A model generated the notes under the pieces. The model had not been told where the DNA came from. It was given only the letters and a program-made list of their open reading frames with translations, and made no database searches. From positions 190,526,001-190,590,000 of the forward strand of contig OZ024740.1 of the NCBI GenBank assembly GCA_964016885.1: a stretch of 64,000 nucleotides of DNA, written 5' to 3'. Made by a program: the position numbers and the translations under genes. Origin of the DNA: Eledone cirrhosa (lineage: Eukaryota). Below are positions 27,801 to 39,947 of this stretch, piece by piece; the first letter of the stretch is position 1, and each line of letters starts with the position of its first letter.

Positions 27801-29646
27801 AAGAGGAGACACACTTGTCTTGCCATGGAATGGATAGACTACAAAAATGCATTTGACATGGTGCCTCATTCTTAGATCCAAAAGCCTAGCGATCTTCAAT
27901 GTGTCAGATAACATCAGACAGTTGTTGGGCAAAAGTATGGAGTCCTGGAAAACATAGTTAACATCAGCTGGAGAATCCTTGGGAAGCGTGAAGATCAAGA
28001 GAGGTATCTTCCAGGGGGATAGTCTGTCCCCTCTGTTGTTTGTCCTTGCCCTGATGCCCCTGACCAGTGTACTGCGAAAAGTGAGAGAAGGAAACAGGTT
28101 GGGAAAGGGAGGACTTACCATCAATCAGCTCCTCTTCATGGATGATCTTAAGCTCTTCGGGAAGAGTCAGAAGGAGTTGGGTGTGCTTGTTGACACTGTC
28201 CGTATTTTCAGCAATGATATTTATATGCAATTTGGTATTAGTATGTGTGGAGTCCTTGTGAAGAAGAGGGGTAAATTGAGCAGAAGTAACGGAATCCAGG
28301 TACCAACAGGTGAGATGATAAAGGAAATTGACACTGAAGAAGGATAAAAGTATTTCGGTGTTCTGGAGGCTGATGACATCAAGAACAAAAAAATGAGGAA
28401 ATTGCTAGGAACTGAATACATTCGGAGAATAATGAGCGTATTAAAATCACATCTGAATAGTAGGAATGCCCTAAGTGCAGTAAATTCCCGAGCTGCGTCT
28501 ATTATTAGGTACAGTGCGGGAATTCTGAGATGAAATGTTGCTGAACAAAAAGAAATAGATAGGAAGACTAGGAAGCTATTGACTATCTACAACATGTTCC
28601 ACAAGAGGAGTGATGTCGATAGACTCTACTTAAGGAGATCTGAAGGTGGAAGAGGTTTATCAGCATAGAGGACTGTGTTCAGATGGAGAAAAACAACCTA
28701 CACAAATACGTGACTGATAGTAAGGAGCCAATTCTCAGAATTGTACTGAAGGAGAGGACAATAGACCAGAGGATGTCCAAGGAGGAAATAACATCAAGGA
28801 GAAAGAGAAGCCTTCAGGAAAAATCCCGTCATAGTACCTTCTTTGAGAAAACTGAATTTAGAGATCCACAGACATGGAACTGGTTGAAAAGATGAGACCT
28901 TAAAAAGGCTACAGAACGAATGTAAATTGCTGCGCAAGAGCAGGCCCTCACAACGAAGTGGTTGAAACACCATACTTACAAGGAGGAGGCTAGCCCACTG
29001 TGCAAGATCTGTGGAGAGAGAGGAGACTGTGGCTCATATTCTGTCCGAGTGTAAACACCTAGCCCAGACTCACTATAAGGGCTGGAGACATCAAGTGATG
29101 GGCAGGGTGATCCACTGGCACCTATGCAAAGTAAACAACATACCACATTCTGAGAAGTGGTATGTGCATAAGCCAGAGTCGGTGATAGAAAACGATCAGG
29201 TGAAGGTGCTGTGGGATTTTAGGATACAGACGGACAAGAAACTGGAACACAATAGACCTGACCTAGTGGTTGTGGACAAAGAAAAAAGATCGTGCCTGAT
29301 TGTGGATGTGGCCTGCCCATTCGACACGAGAGTGCAAGAGAAGGAGAGGGAGAAAATTAACCGATACCAGGAATTAAAGTGGGAGGTAAAAGGATTTGGA
29401 ACTGCCATGAAGTCAAAGTGATCTCGATTGTCATAGGCGCACTAGGGACTATCTCAAAAAAGTTTCCAGGGATTATTAAAGAAAATTCGCCACTTCACGC
29501 TTTTTGGAACGCTTCAAAAGGCATGCTTGCTGGGAATAAAAAGAACCCTCCGATATGTCCTGAATATCTGAGGCTGCAGGTAGTGGCTTGATATTCATTT
29601 CAACAAACTTTCCAGTTAACTAACATCAATGACTGAGACTCAAAGA
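24887..29646 (+). mobile_element. R4/Dong-clade LINE family B, near full length, decayed
   Basis: ORF from 26155: WKSPGPDGV, EQKGC, WIDYKNAFD, GIFQGDSLSPLLF, LLFMDDLKLF and RLE motifs. The 3'UTR matches 24760-24847. Confidence 0.92.
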
Positions 29647-29668
29647 ATAATAATAATAATAATAATAT
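29647..29668. repeat. (AAT)n microsatellite
   Basis: Lies between two Dong-B copies. Confidence 0.93.
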
Positions 29669-32579
29669 TAGGGGGAAGATATACACGAGGTCGATTATAG
29701 TGTTATGGAATCGCTCCCGTAAGTTTTTGATTTTTACATATTTAAAACAACTGTGATAGAATAATCCTTATTACAATTGAAACATAAGATTACTTTTTTT
29801 TTTTTCTTACTCTCAGCAAGCGATAACGCATCACATTATGACACAGGGCCCCACTATTTAATATTTAATTTTGGATCAGAAGTGATATAGTAAAGAAAGA
29901 GGAAAATCGCTACGCGGACAGACAGGCAAATCATTTCACCACCAACACCATCGCCGCCACCATCACCACTACCACGCAAAGATATCTAGCCAAGCCAACT
30001 GTTACTTCAACTTCTATTTCTACTTCAACTTCAACACCATCACTGCAGTACTACGATCACATCACCACCACCACCACTGCCTCATTATCGCCACCGCCGC
30101 TATTCTCTCCCACTACCTACTGCTAAGTACAACTATCACATCACCACCACTGCCTCATTATCGCTACCGCGGCTATTCTCTCCCACTACCTCCTGCTAAG
30201 TACTACTATCACATCACCACCACCACCACCACTGCCACATTATCGCTACCGCCACTATTCTCTCCCACTACCTCCTGCTAAGACAGAGGGATCTTAGCAT
30301 TCCAACTGAGTGAGGAAGGTATCAAGAGATATAAATAGACTGATGTGATGACCCGGTCAAAAAATCAAAATATATAAAATCAAAATCAAAACAGCACAAC
30401 AGCAACGAAAAACGTAAAGAAAAGAAAAAAGAAAAGAAAAACAAGCAAACAAATAAACAAACAAAAAAACTAAGTCAGACATTCAAACATTACATTACAA
30501 TGAAACTTAAACTTATGCTTATTTTTTTTTAAACTTTTAACCTATTTATTTGTTTATTTATTTATGTTCGTCTACAGAGTGATAGTGCCATGCTAAAATC
30601 ACCGGGGGTGATCAAATCACTGGGGTGATGAAATCACCGGTGGTTATGTAAGCATACATTCACCAATGCTCGATATGAGTGTTTAAATGTCGAACATAAA
30701 CGTTTCGAATAACGGTGAAGTGGAGACTGGAACGTTATGTGACAGACTCTCACGCAACAGGTGCTCCCTAGCCCAGCAGCAGGGAGCTGGCTGTCAACCA
30801 ATTACTGCTGGTGTCGGAGGAAGAAGAAGAAGGAAAGGGACCAGAACCAACTGGACGAAAGAATTGAATAGAACTGTCATGGAATGTTACCGGAAGAGTA
30901 ACCCCTAGGAAAAAGGCTATAGGAAACGGATGCATAGCATCTGGAAGAAGATTGGTCTATTTAAATTAGATGATCAAAAATTGGCCGGGCAGGCTCGGGT
31001 AATAATAACTAATGGGTGGATAAGCGAGCTGGAACTGGAGGAACTGAGCAGAGAGATTATATTGGAAATGGAGAGTGGAGTATGCCAGGCAAACGAGCCA
31101 GTGGGAGATGAAGGTGAAGAGGTTGAGAGAACGGAGGAAGCATCCGAAACAGACAATGATCTGAATGCTGAAATAAATGATACCTGGAACAAAGATACGG
31201 CAATTGAGGAAATGAATGCTGACAGGCTAGGACAAGATTTGGTTGATATCCTAAACTTAGTGGTAGATGAAATGAACAATCATAGTGGGAAACCAATGAA
31301 CCTAAGATTGTAGACAGGAAAAATTGAAAAGAAACAACAGCTGAGGTAAACAAAGTCATCGCATACCTTGAGGCGAAGAACCTTCACCAGTTCCACAATA
31401 TCCTCAAAGCAACAGCAAATGCGGTGAGGAAATTACTTGGCATAAAAGTGAGAGGAAACAACAAACAAGAAATATCAGCGCCTTGGTGGGAGAAACGACT
31501 GAGTGGTCAAATCAGGGAAATGAGAAATGACTTTGGAAAGCTTGAGTCCCTACTGAATGGGACACTAAAAAACATTGACACTAAAACTAGACTGGAAATA
31601 AAGTACAAAATTAGGAGGAACAATCTAAATATTACCATAGAGGAACTGAAGCAACGCATTGTAGCAAAGAGTACACAAATCAGGCGATACGAGAACAGAG
31701 TCAGTCAGTATAGACAGAACTGAATGTTTGACAACAACCAGAAGATGCTGTTTGGACAACTTGAAGGGAAAGAAAGAGGCAACGACATGATCCCTGAGGC
31801 GGAACAAACTAAAACATTCTGGAGAAGAATATGGGAGCAGGATGTTAAACATAATGACCAGGCAGTGTGGATTGAGACAGTACAGAAGGAGATTAGTGAA
31901 CAGGCACACCAATAAACTGATTTGAGTTTCACAGTTGAAACTCTTAAGGGACAGGCCAAAAAATTAACCAACTGGAAATCACCAGGCCCAGATGGGTTAT
32001 TGGATTAAAAATATAACATCCCTGCACCCGAAACTGACAACCATGTTCAATGACTGCTTGATGTCAGGTGAGGTACCAGAGTGGTTGACAAAAGGTACCA
32101 CAGTTCTGATAATGAAAGACCAAATCAAGGGTAATGATGTTACCAATTATAGAACTATCACATGTCTGTCCGTCACGTGGCAACTGTTGACAAGCATTAT
32201 GTCTGAGGAAATCTACCATCACCTCCACACAAACAACTTGTTACCGGACGAACAGAAAGGATGCCGAAAGAAGTCCCGTGGCACAAAGAACCAGTTACTT
32301 ATTGATAAGATCGTAATGAGGAATTGCAAGAGGAGACACACTTGTCTTGCCATGGAATGGATAGACTACAAAAATGCATTTGACATGGTGCCTCATTCTT
32401 GGATAACCAAAAGCCTAGATATCTTCAATGTGGCAGATAACATCAGACAGTTGTTGGGCAAAAGTATGAAGTCCTGGGAAACAGAGTTAACATCGGGCGG
32501 AGAATCCTTGGGAGGTGAGAAGATCAAGAGAGTTATCTTCCAGGGAGATAGTTTGTTCCCTCTGTTGTTTGTCCTGACC
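29669..32579 (+). mobile_element. R4/Dong-clade LINE family B, 5' half, broken inside RT
   Basis: Homologous to 25395-28050 and ends just after IFQGDSLFPLLFVL. Confidence 0.9.
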
Positions 32580-34490
32580 ATAATATGTTCAAAAACAACC
32601 AAAGAAACTTCTACAGATAATTGGCAAGTCAACAATAACTGCTAAATCAATACCACCCAAAAAGGAAGTGCAAGAATTCTGGGAAAAGATCTCGCCGAAG
32701 AAAAAGTTCATAATATACATAGACAGACAAATGAAAGATACAATTCACATTGAGGAACAAATATGGGAAAATATAACAGGTGAGCAGTTGCCATTGGCTC
32801 TTAGAAAAACAGCAAATTGAAATCCCCAGGAAAAGAAAAAATACCAAATCCCTTCACAGAGACTTTTGAGCTGTTAGCCCAAATTTACAATGAAATAGAA
32901 AAGGAGCCAGAAAAGATACCATCACGGCTATTTAACGGCATTACATTCCTGCTTCCGAAGAATGATGAGACAAACAATCTCAAAAATTACAGACCGATAA
33001 CTTGCTTGACCAAAATGTATAACATTTTAACACGAGTGCTAACTGGATATACATATGACCACCTGATAACATATGACCTATTTCCCAATGAGCAGAAACG
33101 GTGTAAACGAGGCTCATAAGGCTGTAAGGATCAGCATTTGTTAACAATATGATACTGGAAGATTGTCATAATAGACAGAAAAATCTATCAATTGCTTGGA
33201 TAGATTATAAAAAAAGCATTCGATAGATTGCCACATAGTTGAATTGAAAAAGATTTAGAGATTTTCAAAATATCTCCCGTTGTCAGGAGGTTCCTGTCAT
33301 TCAGCATGAAGACATGGAAAACGACACTCCTTTTGAATAGTGAAAAAAAATCACCAGCATGTGGAAAAGTTAATATTAATTTTGGAATTTTTCAGGGTGA
33401 CTCTTTATCACCGCTTTTATTCTGCATCGCACTTATACCATTAAGTAAAATGCTCAAGGAAGCAAAACATGGATATAAAGTCTATGACAAAATCATTAAT
33501 CACTTGTTCTACATGGATGAACTGGAATTATTTGCAGAACACGATGAGCAATTGCAAGGGCTATTATCCACTGTGAAGCAGTTCAGTGATGACATTAACA
33601 TGGAAAGCTGCTGAAAAGATCAGACATTAATCTTGATCGGGTGAATGTGATGAGAGAACTTGATCAAGAGGAAACTTACAAATATCAGGAGACGGAATCA
33701 AGCACTCGATAATGAGGGAAAGGATAAGGAAGGAGTGTGACGCAGAGTAAGAGCAATCTTAAGAACGGAATTGAATGCATGGAACAGGATCGATGCGATA
33801 AATACACTTGCCATACAAGTAGTGACCTACAGTTACATTATCATCAACTGGTTAAGCACAGAAATCTGTACGCTCGATACAAAAATTAGAAAGTGCTTAA
33901 CCATGCATAGAATGCATCACCCGAAGGCAGATACAGATATAATATATGTCCCTAGGAAAGAAGGGGGACGTGGGTTAATCTAGTTAGATATTGCGTTGAA
34001 ACTCCGACAATTGGATTATCTACATATCTAAGGGAATCACATGATTGGATTATCAAACTCGTTTTGAAACACGAAAGCATCAAAAGATCATACTCCAGTA
34101 AAAAAGATGCACAACATACATCAATGAACTACAAATCTCAGAAGTTCCATTTACTGCTGAAATGAAAAATACAGAACATGCAAAGTAGGTAAAAGTAACT
34201 GCAAAGAAAGAGCTGCTACAGAATCTGGCTAAGAAATGGCAAGAAAAGCCTCTGTATGGAAAATACCCACAAAGAGCTAACAATCATGATGTTGACAAAA
34301 CTTTAACCCGTTAGTGGTTGGCATCCTCTGGACTGAAATCGCAGACTGAAGCACTGATTATATCAGCACAAGATTAGTGTCTGCCAACATAATAAAAATG
34401 GATGCAACCCATTATGTCGTGTATGTAAAAAACAACCAGAGACCATTGATCATATAATTTCGATGTGCAGTCCTATAGCTCCAACCGATT
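32580..34490 (+). mobile_element. R4/Dong-clade LINE family A internal fragment
   Basis: Starts taatatgttcaaaaacaaccaaagaaa (matches 15123) and follows family A to about 17115. Contains GIFQGDSLSPLLF and HLFYMDEL. Confidence 0.9.
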
Positions 34491-34498
34491 ATTAGGCT

Positions 34499-34592
34499 GC
34501 TTATATGCAAATCTGGCTGATCAGAGGATCTGTTAATATGCAGATCTGACTGATCATCCAGTCTGCTAATATGCAAATCAGGCCGATCATTC
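34499..34592. repeat. Degenerate 33-bp tandem repeat x3
   Basis: gcttatatgcaaatctggctgatcagaggatct / gttaatatgcagatctgactgatcatccagtct / gctaatatgcaaatcaggccgatcatt. Confidence 0.75.
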
Positions 34593-34820
34593 ACTGTGTA
34601 TTTTTGAAAATAGCATATATTTTCACTAGCTCTGACAGTTTGGCAGGTGAACAGTGAGCTATACTGATGAAGGTTCATACCCAGAAACTGTGTCTGCAGT
34701 TCTGTTTGCATGCCAACACAAAAGCATAATGAAGGGTTCATTCTAATGATATGGCTATAAATTTAAGGCATGTTTGCATAATTGCAAACGAATCGAATGT
34801 TATTATTAATATTCGAATAC

Positions 34821-34970
34821 CAGTTTCTCTCTACATGGCTGCATACAATAAATGTAATCTGAGTTTTCGAATATTAATAATTGCTGGCCTTGTGCCTAAA
34901 GTAGAAATAATTATTCATATTCGAAAACTCAGATTACATTTATTGTATTCAGCCATGTAGAGAGAAACTG
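34821..34970. repeat. Inverted repeat, ~62-bp arms, with a 26-bp spacer matching the SINE 3' tail
   Basis: 34821-34882 pairs with 34909-34970. Spacer gctggccttgtgcctaaagtagaaat. Confidence 0.9.
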
Positions 34971-34974
34971 TCTT

Positions 34975-35173
<199 letters not shown>

Positions 35174-35834
35174 AATTATAGTGATTCATATAATCGTGTA
35201 GGTTCGTATGTTAATACGTGTGTACGTTTGTACAGCAAATTTACAATCATGTACACGTTTTAATAAATAATTTTAAGTTCGTCACTTACAGAAATTATAT
35301 ATAAAATTAATACATTATGAATTAGTTCGAACATTATAATGTTTAATTTCATTATAACGGCGTTCTAAATAATACATAAAAAAAAACTGTCTGCATATTA
35401 TCAAAACAATGAAAACTTCCGTGCATATAAACTAATATTTCAAGATACCAAATTGAGGATGGTTACAATGAGAATTTACTAATTTCAGAGTGACGAAGCT
35501 TCTTCAAAATATTACCAAAGTCTTTTCGATTTTCACACGAATGTCGACAATAATTCATTTGGTTCATCCTTGTTTATCACGAACGCCAATTTAAATTGAT
35601 TTTTTCTTTGCACAAATATTATTTATTGTGAATTAAATTTAATCTATATTGTGAGGAAGATTTAGCACGAAGCATTGTATTCATTTACAACTGAATGAAT
35701 GCACAGCAGCCATTTAATTGATAGACCTAAGCACACACATACTTATTGATATGATTATATATATGTAGACGGTAACAGCAAAAAATATGTATGTCTGTCT
35801 GTATTCTTGTATATAAATATAAATAAATAAATAC

Positions 35835-35926
<92 letters not shown>

Positions 35927-35956
35927 ATTATGTAATAAACAACATAAGGCAATTAT

Positions 35957-36014
35957 TCCATTTACCAGTGGTTTCTTAAAAGCAAAAGGTTTTGCTTTCA
36001 ATCCTCAGAATGAA
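35957..36014 (-). ncRNA. Type I hammerhead ribozyme motif (left arm)
   Basis: ttcatt-CTGAGGA-ttgaaagcaaa(acct)tttgcttttaa-GAAA-ccactgg-TA-aatgga: complete core, stems I and II pair, short near-palindromic stem III. Confidence 0.85.
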
Positions 36015-36097
36015 AAAAATCCTGGTTTGTTTATTGAATTTGGATTTTAAAAACCTAAAATTTTAAAATCCAAATTCAATAAACAAACCAGGATTTT

Positions 36098-36155
36098 TTC
36101 ATTCTGAGGATTGAATGCAAAACCTTTTGCTTTTAAGAAACCACTGGTAAATGGA
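36098..36155 (+). ncRNA. Type I hammerhead ribozyme motif (right arm)
   Basis: CTGAGGA 36104-36110, GAAA 36137-36140, predicted cleavage after GTA at 36149, stem I catt/aatg. Confidence 0.85.
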
Positions 36156-36256
36156 ATAATTGCCTTATGTTGTTTATTACATAATAATAATTAAGCTCTG
36201 TTACCTACATAGATCACTCTTTTTTCCTGGACTTTTCCGACGGAATTACTTCATTT

Positions 36257-36326
<70 letters not shown>

Positions 36327-37049
36327 TGTGTGTGTGTATATATATATACGTGTGTATATAAACTTAAGGTAAACATTGATGACATTTAATTCAAGCACTC
36401 AACGTACTTATTCCACATATGAGTGACGGAGTAAATATCGAATAAGGAAAAGCGAAGTAGTTTCAGATGTTCAAGTAATTTAATAATAATAATGCTGTGA
36501 TATATATTTCAATGGCGACAGTGGCCACACTGTTCCGTGCGCCAGTATTGCGACATCGTCAGACAGCTTGTTACATAATAAGGTAATGTTTCCGAGGCAA
36601 TCCAAATTGAATCGACATTTGAACGGTCGAAGAGTGTGCTCTCGGGTTCTTCGTCCGTTCCTCTGGTGAGTACCAATTCACCCCCACCGGTCTGTGCAGG
36701 CGCAGGTCCGAAGGAAGTTGACCATTAGCTACCGTAGGGTTCAACGAAATTCTTCTAGGCAGTGATTCCCTCTCAACGAAACAATGACCTATTCAGGCCT
36801 GTAATATATAGCTTTCAGCTAGCCACACCGTCAGTGGCTGTCAGCCGAAATCCAGTGGGGTTTGGAGAGTGTGAGTATCTGTACGTCTCAATACCACCCC
36901 ACATTAAGCATGGACAGTATAATTGACCATCAACCTCTAAGAGAAAATATACTTAATTCTAGGTATTATGGTTTCACAGTGGAAATTATGAATGAGTGTT
37001 GGAAATTAAAACTAAAAATTAAAAATCGAAATCAGAAATCAAAAATTAA

Positions 37050-37172
37050 AAATTAAAAATTAAAAATTAAAAATTCAAAATTCAAAATTCAAAATTCAAA
37101 ATTCAAAATTCAAAATTCAAAATTCAAAATTCAAAATTCAAAATTCAAAATTCAAAATTCAAAATTAAAAAA
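37050..37172. repeat. Hexamer tandem (AAAATT)n/(AAATTC)n
   Basis: Directly visible; expanded relative to the partner arm at 38041-38100. Confidence 0.9.
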
Positions 37173-37639
37173 AATTACAAGTGTGAATCTAGATTGAAGT
37201 TTGTAAAAGAATATGTGCACCTATAATATCTACTATGTAGGGAGATGTTCAAGTAAGAAGTTTGGAAAGGTGTTACATATATATTATCTACATACTGATC
37301 GATATTACCGTACAGTAGAACGGAGGGTAAATTACAGAATGAAAGGTAGTAGTTAGGCGGGTACATATTTAGAATGTCCAACACATGGAACAAAACCCCC
37401 CAAAACCCAGATTTAAAATACACAGAATATATCCATTAAATACAAAAAAATACATTTAGTACATATATGCAAAATGAGATAGGAGATACATGATTAATAT
37501 GATTGTCAATCTGTCCATATATACATTGAATTGGTGGGGATTCTGTTCAAAGGCAATTTGGAACAGGAAAATAGGCGTGTATCGTTGATTTTGTTTCCTC
37601 GTATTTTTACTCCGAAAGTTAGTTTTATGTCCGTCCACT

Positions 37640-38057
37640 AAAATTAAAAATAAAAAAAATGTACAAGTGTGAATCTAGATTAAAGTTAGTAAAAAGGATA
37701 TGAGCACCTATACTATCTACTACGTAGGGAGATGTTTAATTAAGAACTTTGGAAAGTGTATTAATGTTACAGATATATTATCTACATACTGAACGATATT
37801 ACCGTACAATAGAACGGAGGGTAAATTACAACATGAAAGGTAGTAGTTAGCTACTACCTTTCATGTTGTAATTTACCCTCCGTTCTATTGTACGGTAATA
37901 TCGTTCAGTATGTAGATAATATATCTGTAACATTAATACACTTTCCAAACTTCTTAATTAAACATCTCCCTACGTAGTAGATAGTATAGGTGCTCATATC
38001 CTTTTTACTAACTTTAATCTAGATTCACACTTGTACATTTTTTTTATTTTTAATTTT
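37640..38057. repeat. Near-perfect palindrome, ~207-bp arms, 4-nt loop (ttag, 37847-37850)
   Basis: aaggtagtag-ttag-ctactacctt at the centre; one mismatch noticed between the arms. Confidence 0.95.
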
Positions 38058-38612
38058 TAATTTTTGATATCTGATTTTCGATTTTTAATTTTTATTTTTA
38101 AATTCCAACTCTCATTCATAATTTCCACTGTGAAACCATAATACCTAGAATTAAGTATATTTACTCTTAGAGGTTGATGGTCAATTATACTATCCATGCT
38201 TAATGTGGGGTGGTATTGAGACCTATTGATACTCACACTCTCCCAACATCACTGGCTTTCGGCTGACTGCCACTGACGGTGTGGCTAGCAGTAAGCTATA
38301 TATTACAGGCCTGAATAGGTCATTGTTTGGTTGAGAGGGGGAAACTGCCTAGGCGAATTTCTTTGAAATCTGCGGTAGCTAATGGTCAACTTCCTTCGGA
38401 CCTGCGTCTGCGCAGACCGGTGGGTGTGAATTGGTACTCACAAGGGAACGGACCAAGAACCCGCGACCACACATTTCGTCCATTCCCATGTCGATTCAAT
38501 TTGAATTCCCTCGGAAACATAACCTTATTATGTAACATGCTGTCTGACGATGTCACGACACTGGCTCACGGAACAGTGTGACCACTGTTGCCATTGAAAT
38601 GTATATCACAGC

Positions 38613-38802
38613 GGTGGATTGGCAGTATCGGTAGACGGTTGGACGCCATGCTTTCTAGCATAGCTACGTCCCTTTACGATCTGAGTTCAAATCCCGCTGC
38701 GGTTGACTTTGCCTTTCATCCTTACAGGGTCGATAAAATAAAGTACCAGTAATGCACTGGATAATTGCTGGCCTTGTGCCTAAAGTAGAAACAATTATTA
38801 TT
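38613..38802 (+). mobile_element. tRNA-derived SINE with a MetaSINE-like central domain
   Basis: A-box-like tggcagtatcgg, B-box gttcaaatccc, central gactttgcctttcatccttacagggtcgataaaataaagtacc and an (ATT)n tail. Confidence 0.82.
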
Positions 38803-38850
38803 AAAGGACTTGAACATCTGAAACTACTTAGCTTTTCCTTATTCTCTCTC

Positions 38851-38881
<31 letters not shown>

Positions 38882-38892
38882 CACTCTCTCTG

Positions 38893-39272
<380 letters not shown>

Positions 39273-39625
39273 ATATGAAAGACGTAAAATAAGAACATTT
39301 TAAAAATTAAAAATTAACTTACTTACTAATTAGTTTCTGTAATGGGATAAAGATAGTTACGCAATGTAACTATCGATAATTCATTACGTCACCAGGGAGT
39401 ATATTCTCAGCTAAGTATCCAGACAATGCGCGGACACTAGGGACTCATATAAAATAATAATTCGGTAGATGGAACAGTTAGCAGGGACTGAATTCCAAAG
39501 CACTGAAAAAGTTCACTGTCTCTGGTCAAATGGCAGATTCTAAAGAATCAATCACGTGAGACTGAGGCTAGTCGGAAGGAGTGGGGTGGTAAAATGACAA
39601 AAGCCTACTACCACTACAATGAATT
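39273..39625 (-). mobile_element. Hammerhead-bearing non-coding repeat (family H2), degenerate copy; hammerhead remnant 39322-39400
   Basis: Diverged reverse-complement homologue of 42815-43140. CTGGTGA..gtaatga/ccattac..GAAA-ctaattag-TA; the 3' strand of stem I is deleted. Confidence 0.7.
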
Positions 39626-39947
39626 AGTAGTGGATTTGGCAGGTTTGCTCAACAAATAAATAATTTGGAGATAAATATAGAGAATTAGTATATTTACCAA
39701 CATATGTTGGTAAATATACTAACTTTCTCTCTGCGAGCGTCTTAATACAGGTATATGTTGGTGAGGATATATTCAGCAATGGAGGTTCAAGACTGGTTAA
39801 ATCTATCAATACACATGTTATAATGAATGCAAATATTTTATCATGACAATTCGTTTCACATTTCAGTTTGTGTCGGCTATGGACAAACAGAACGAATCTA
39901 CATTGAAACATCTGCTTATAACGTGTTACTCTTAAACTTATAAAATA

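Larger units (their letters stand above)
35921..36190. repeat. Near-perfect palindrome, ~132-bp arms, 8-nt spacer
   Basis: 35921-36052 is the reverse complement of 36061-36190 apart from one substitution and one A-run indel. Confidence 0.95.
36494..38612. repeat. Compound inverted structure: diverged outer arms (36494-37060 vs 38050-38612) around an inner palindrome
   Basis: The outer arms align by eye with scattered substitutions. 37175-37355 is a diverged direct copy of 37661-37850. Confidence 0.9.

Noticed and set aside
30055-30282. Repeated ~60-bp CAC-rich units as a CRISPR-like array
   Set aside because: This is a simple tandem duplication in the Dong-B 5'UTR with no unique spacers, in a eukaryotic context.
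220-34283. ORFs antisense to LINE coding regions (e.g. 3231-3614, 5799-6266, 9002-9349, 24396-24797)
   Set aside because: They are shadow frames of RT or ORF1 sequence with no independent motifs.
37786-37850. CTGAACGA..GAAA near the centre of the inner palindrome
   Set aside because: Core spacing is wrong and stems I and III are absent.
38540-38595. Hammerhead-like CTGACGA..ggaacagtg/cactgtt in the outer arms
   Set aside because: No GAAA, no stem I and a weak stem II in both copies.
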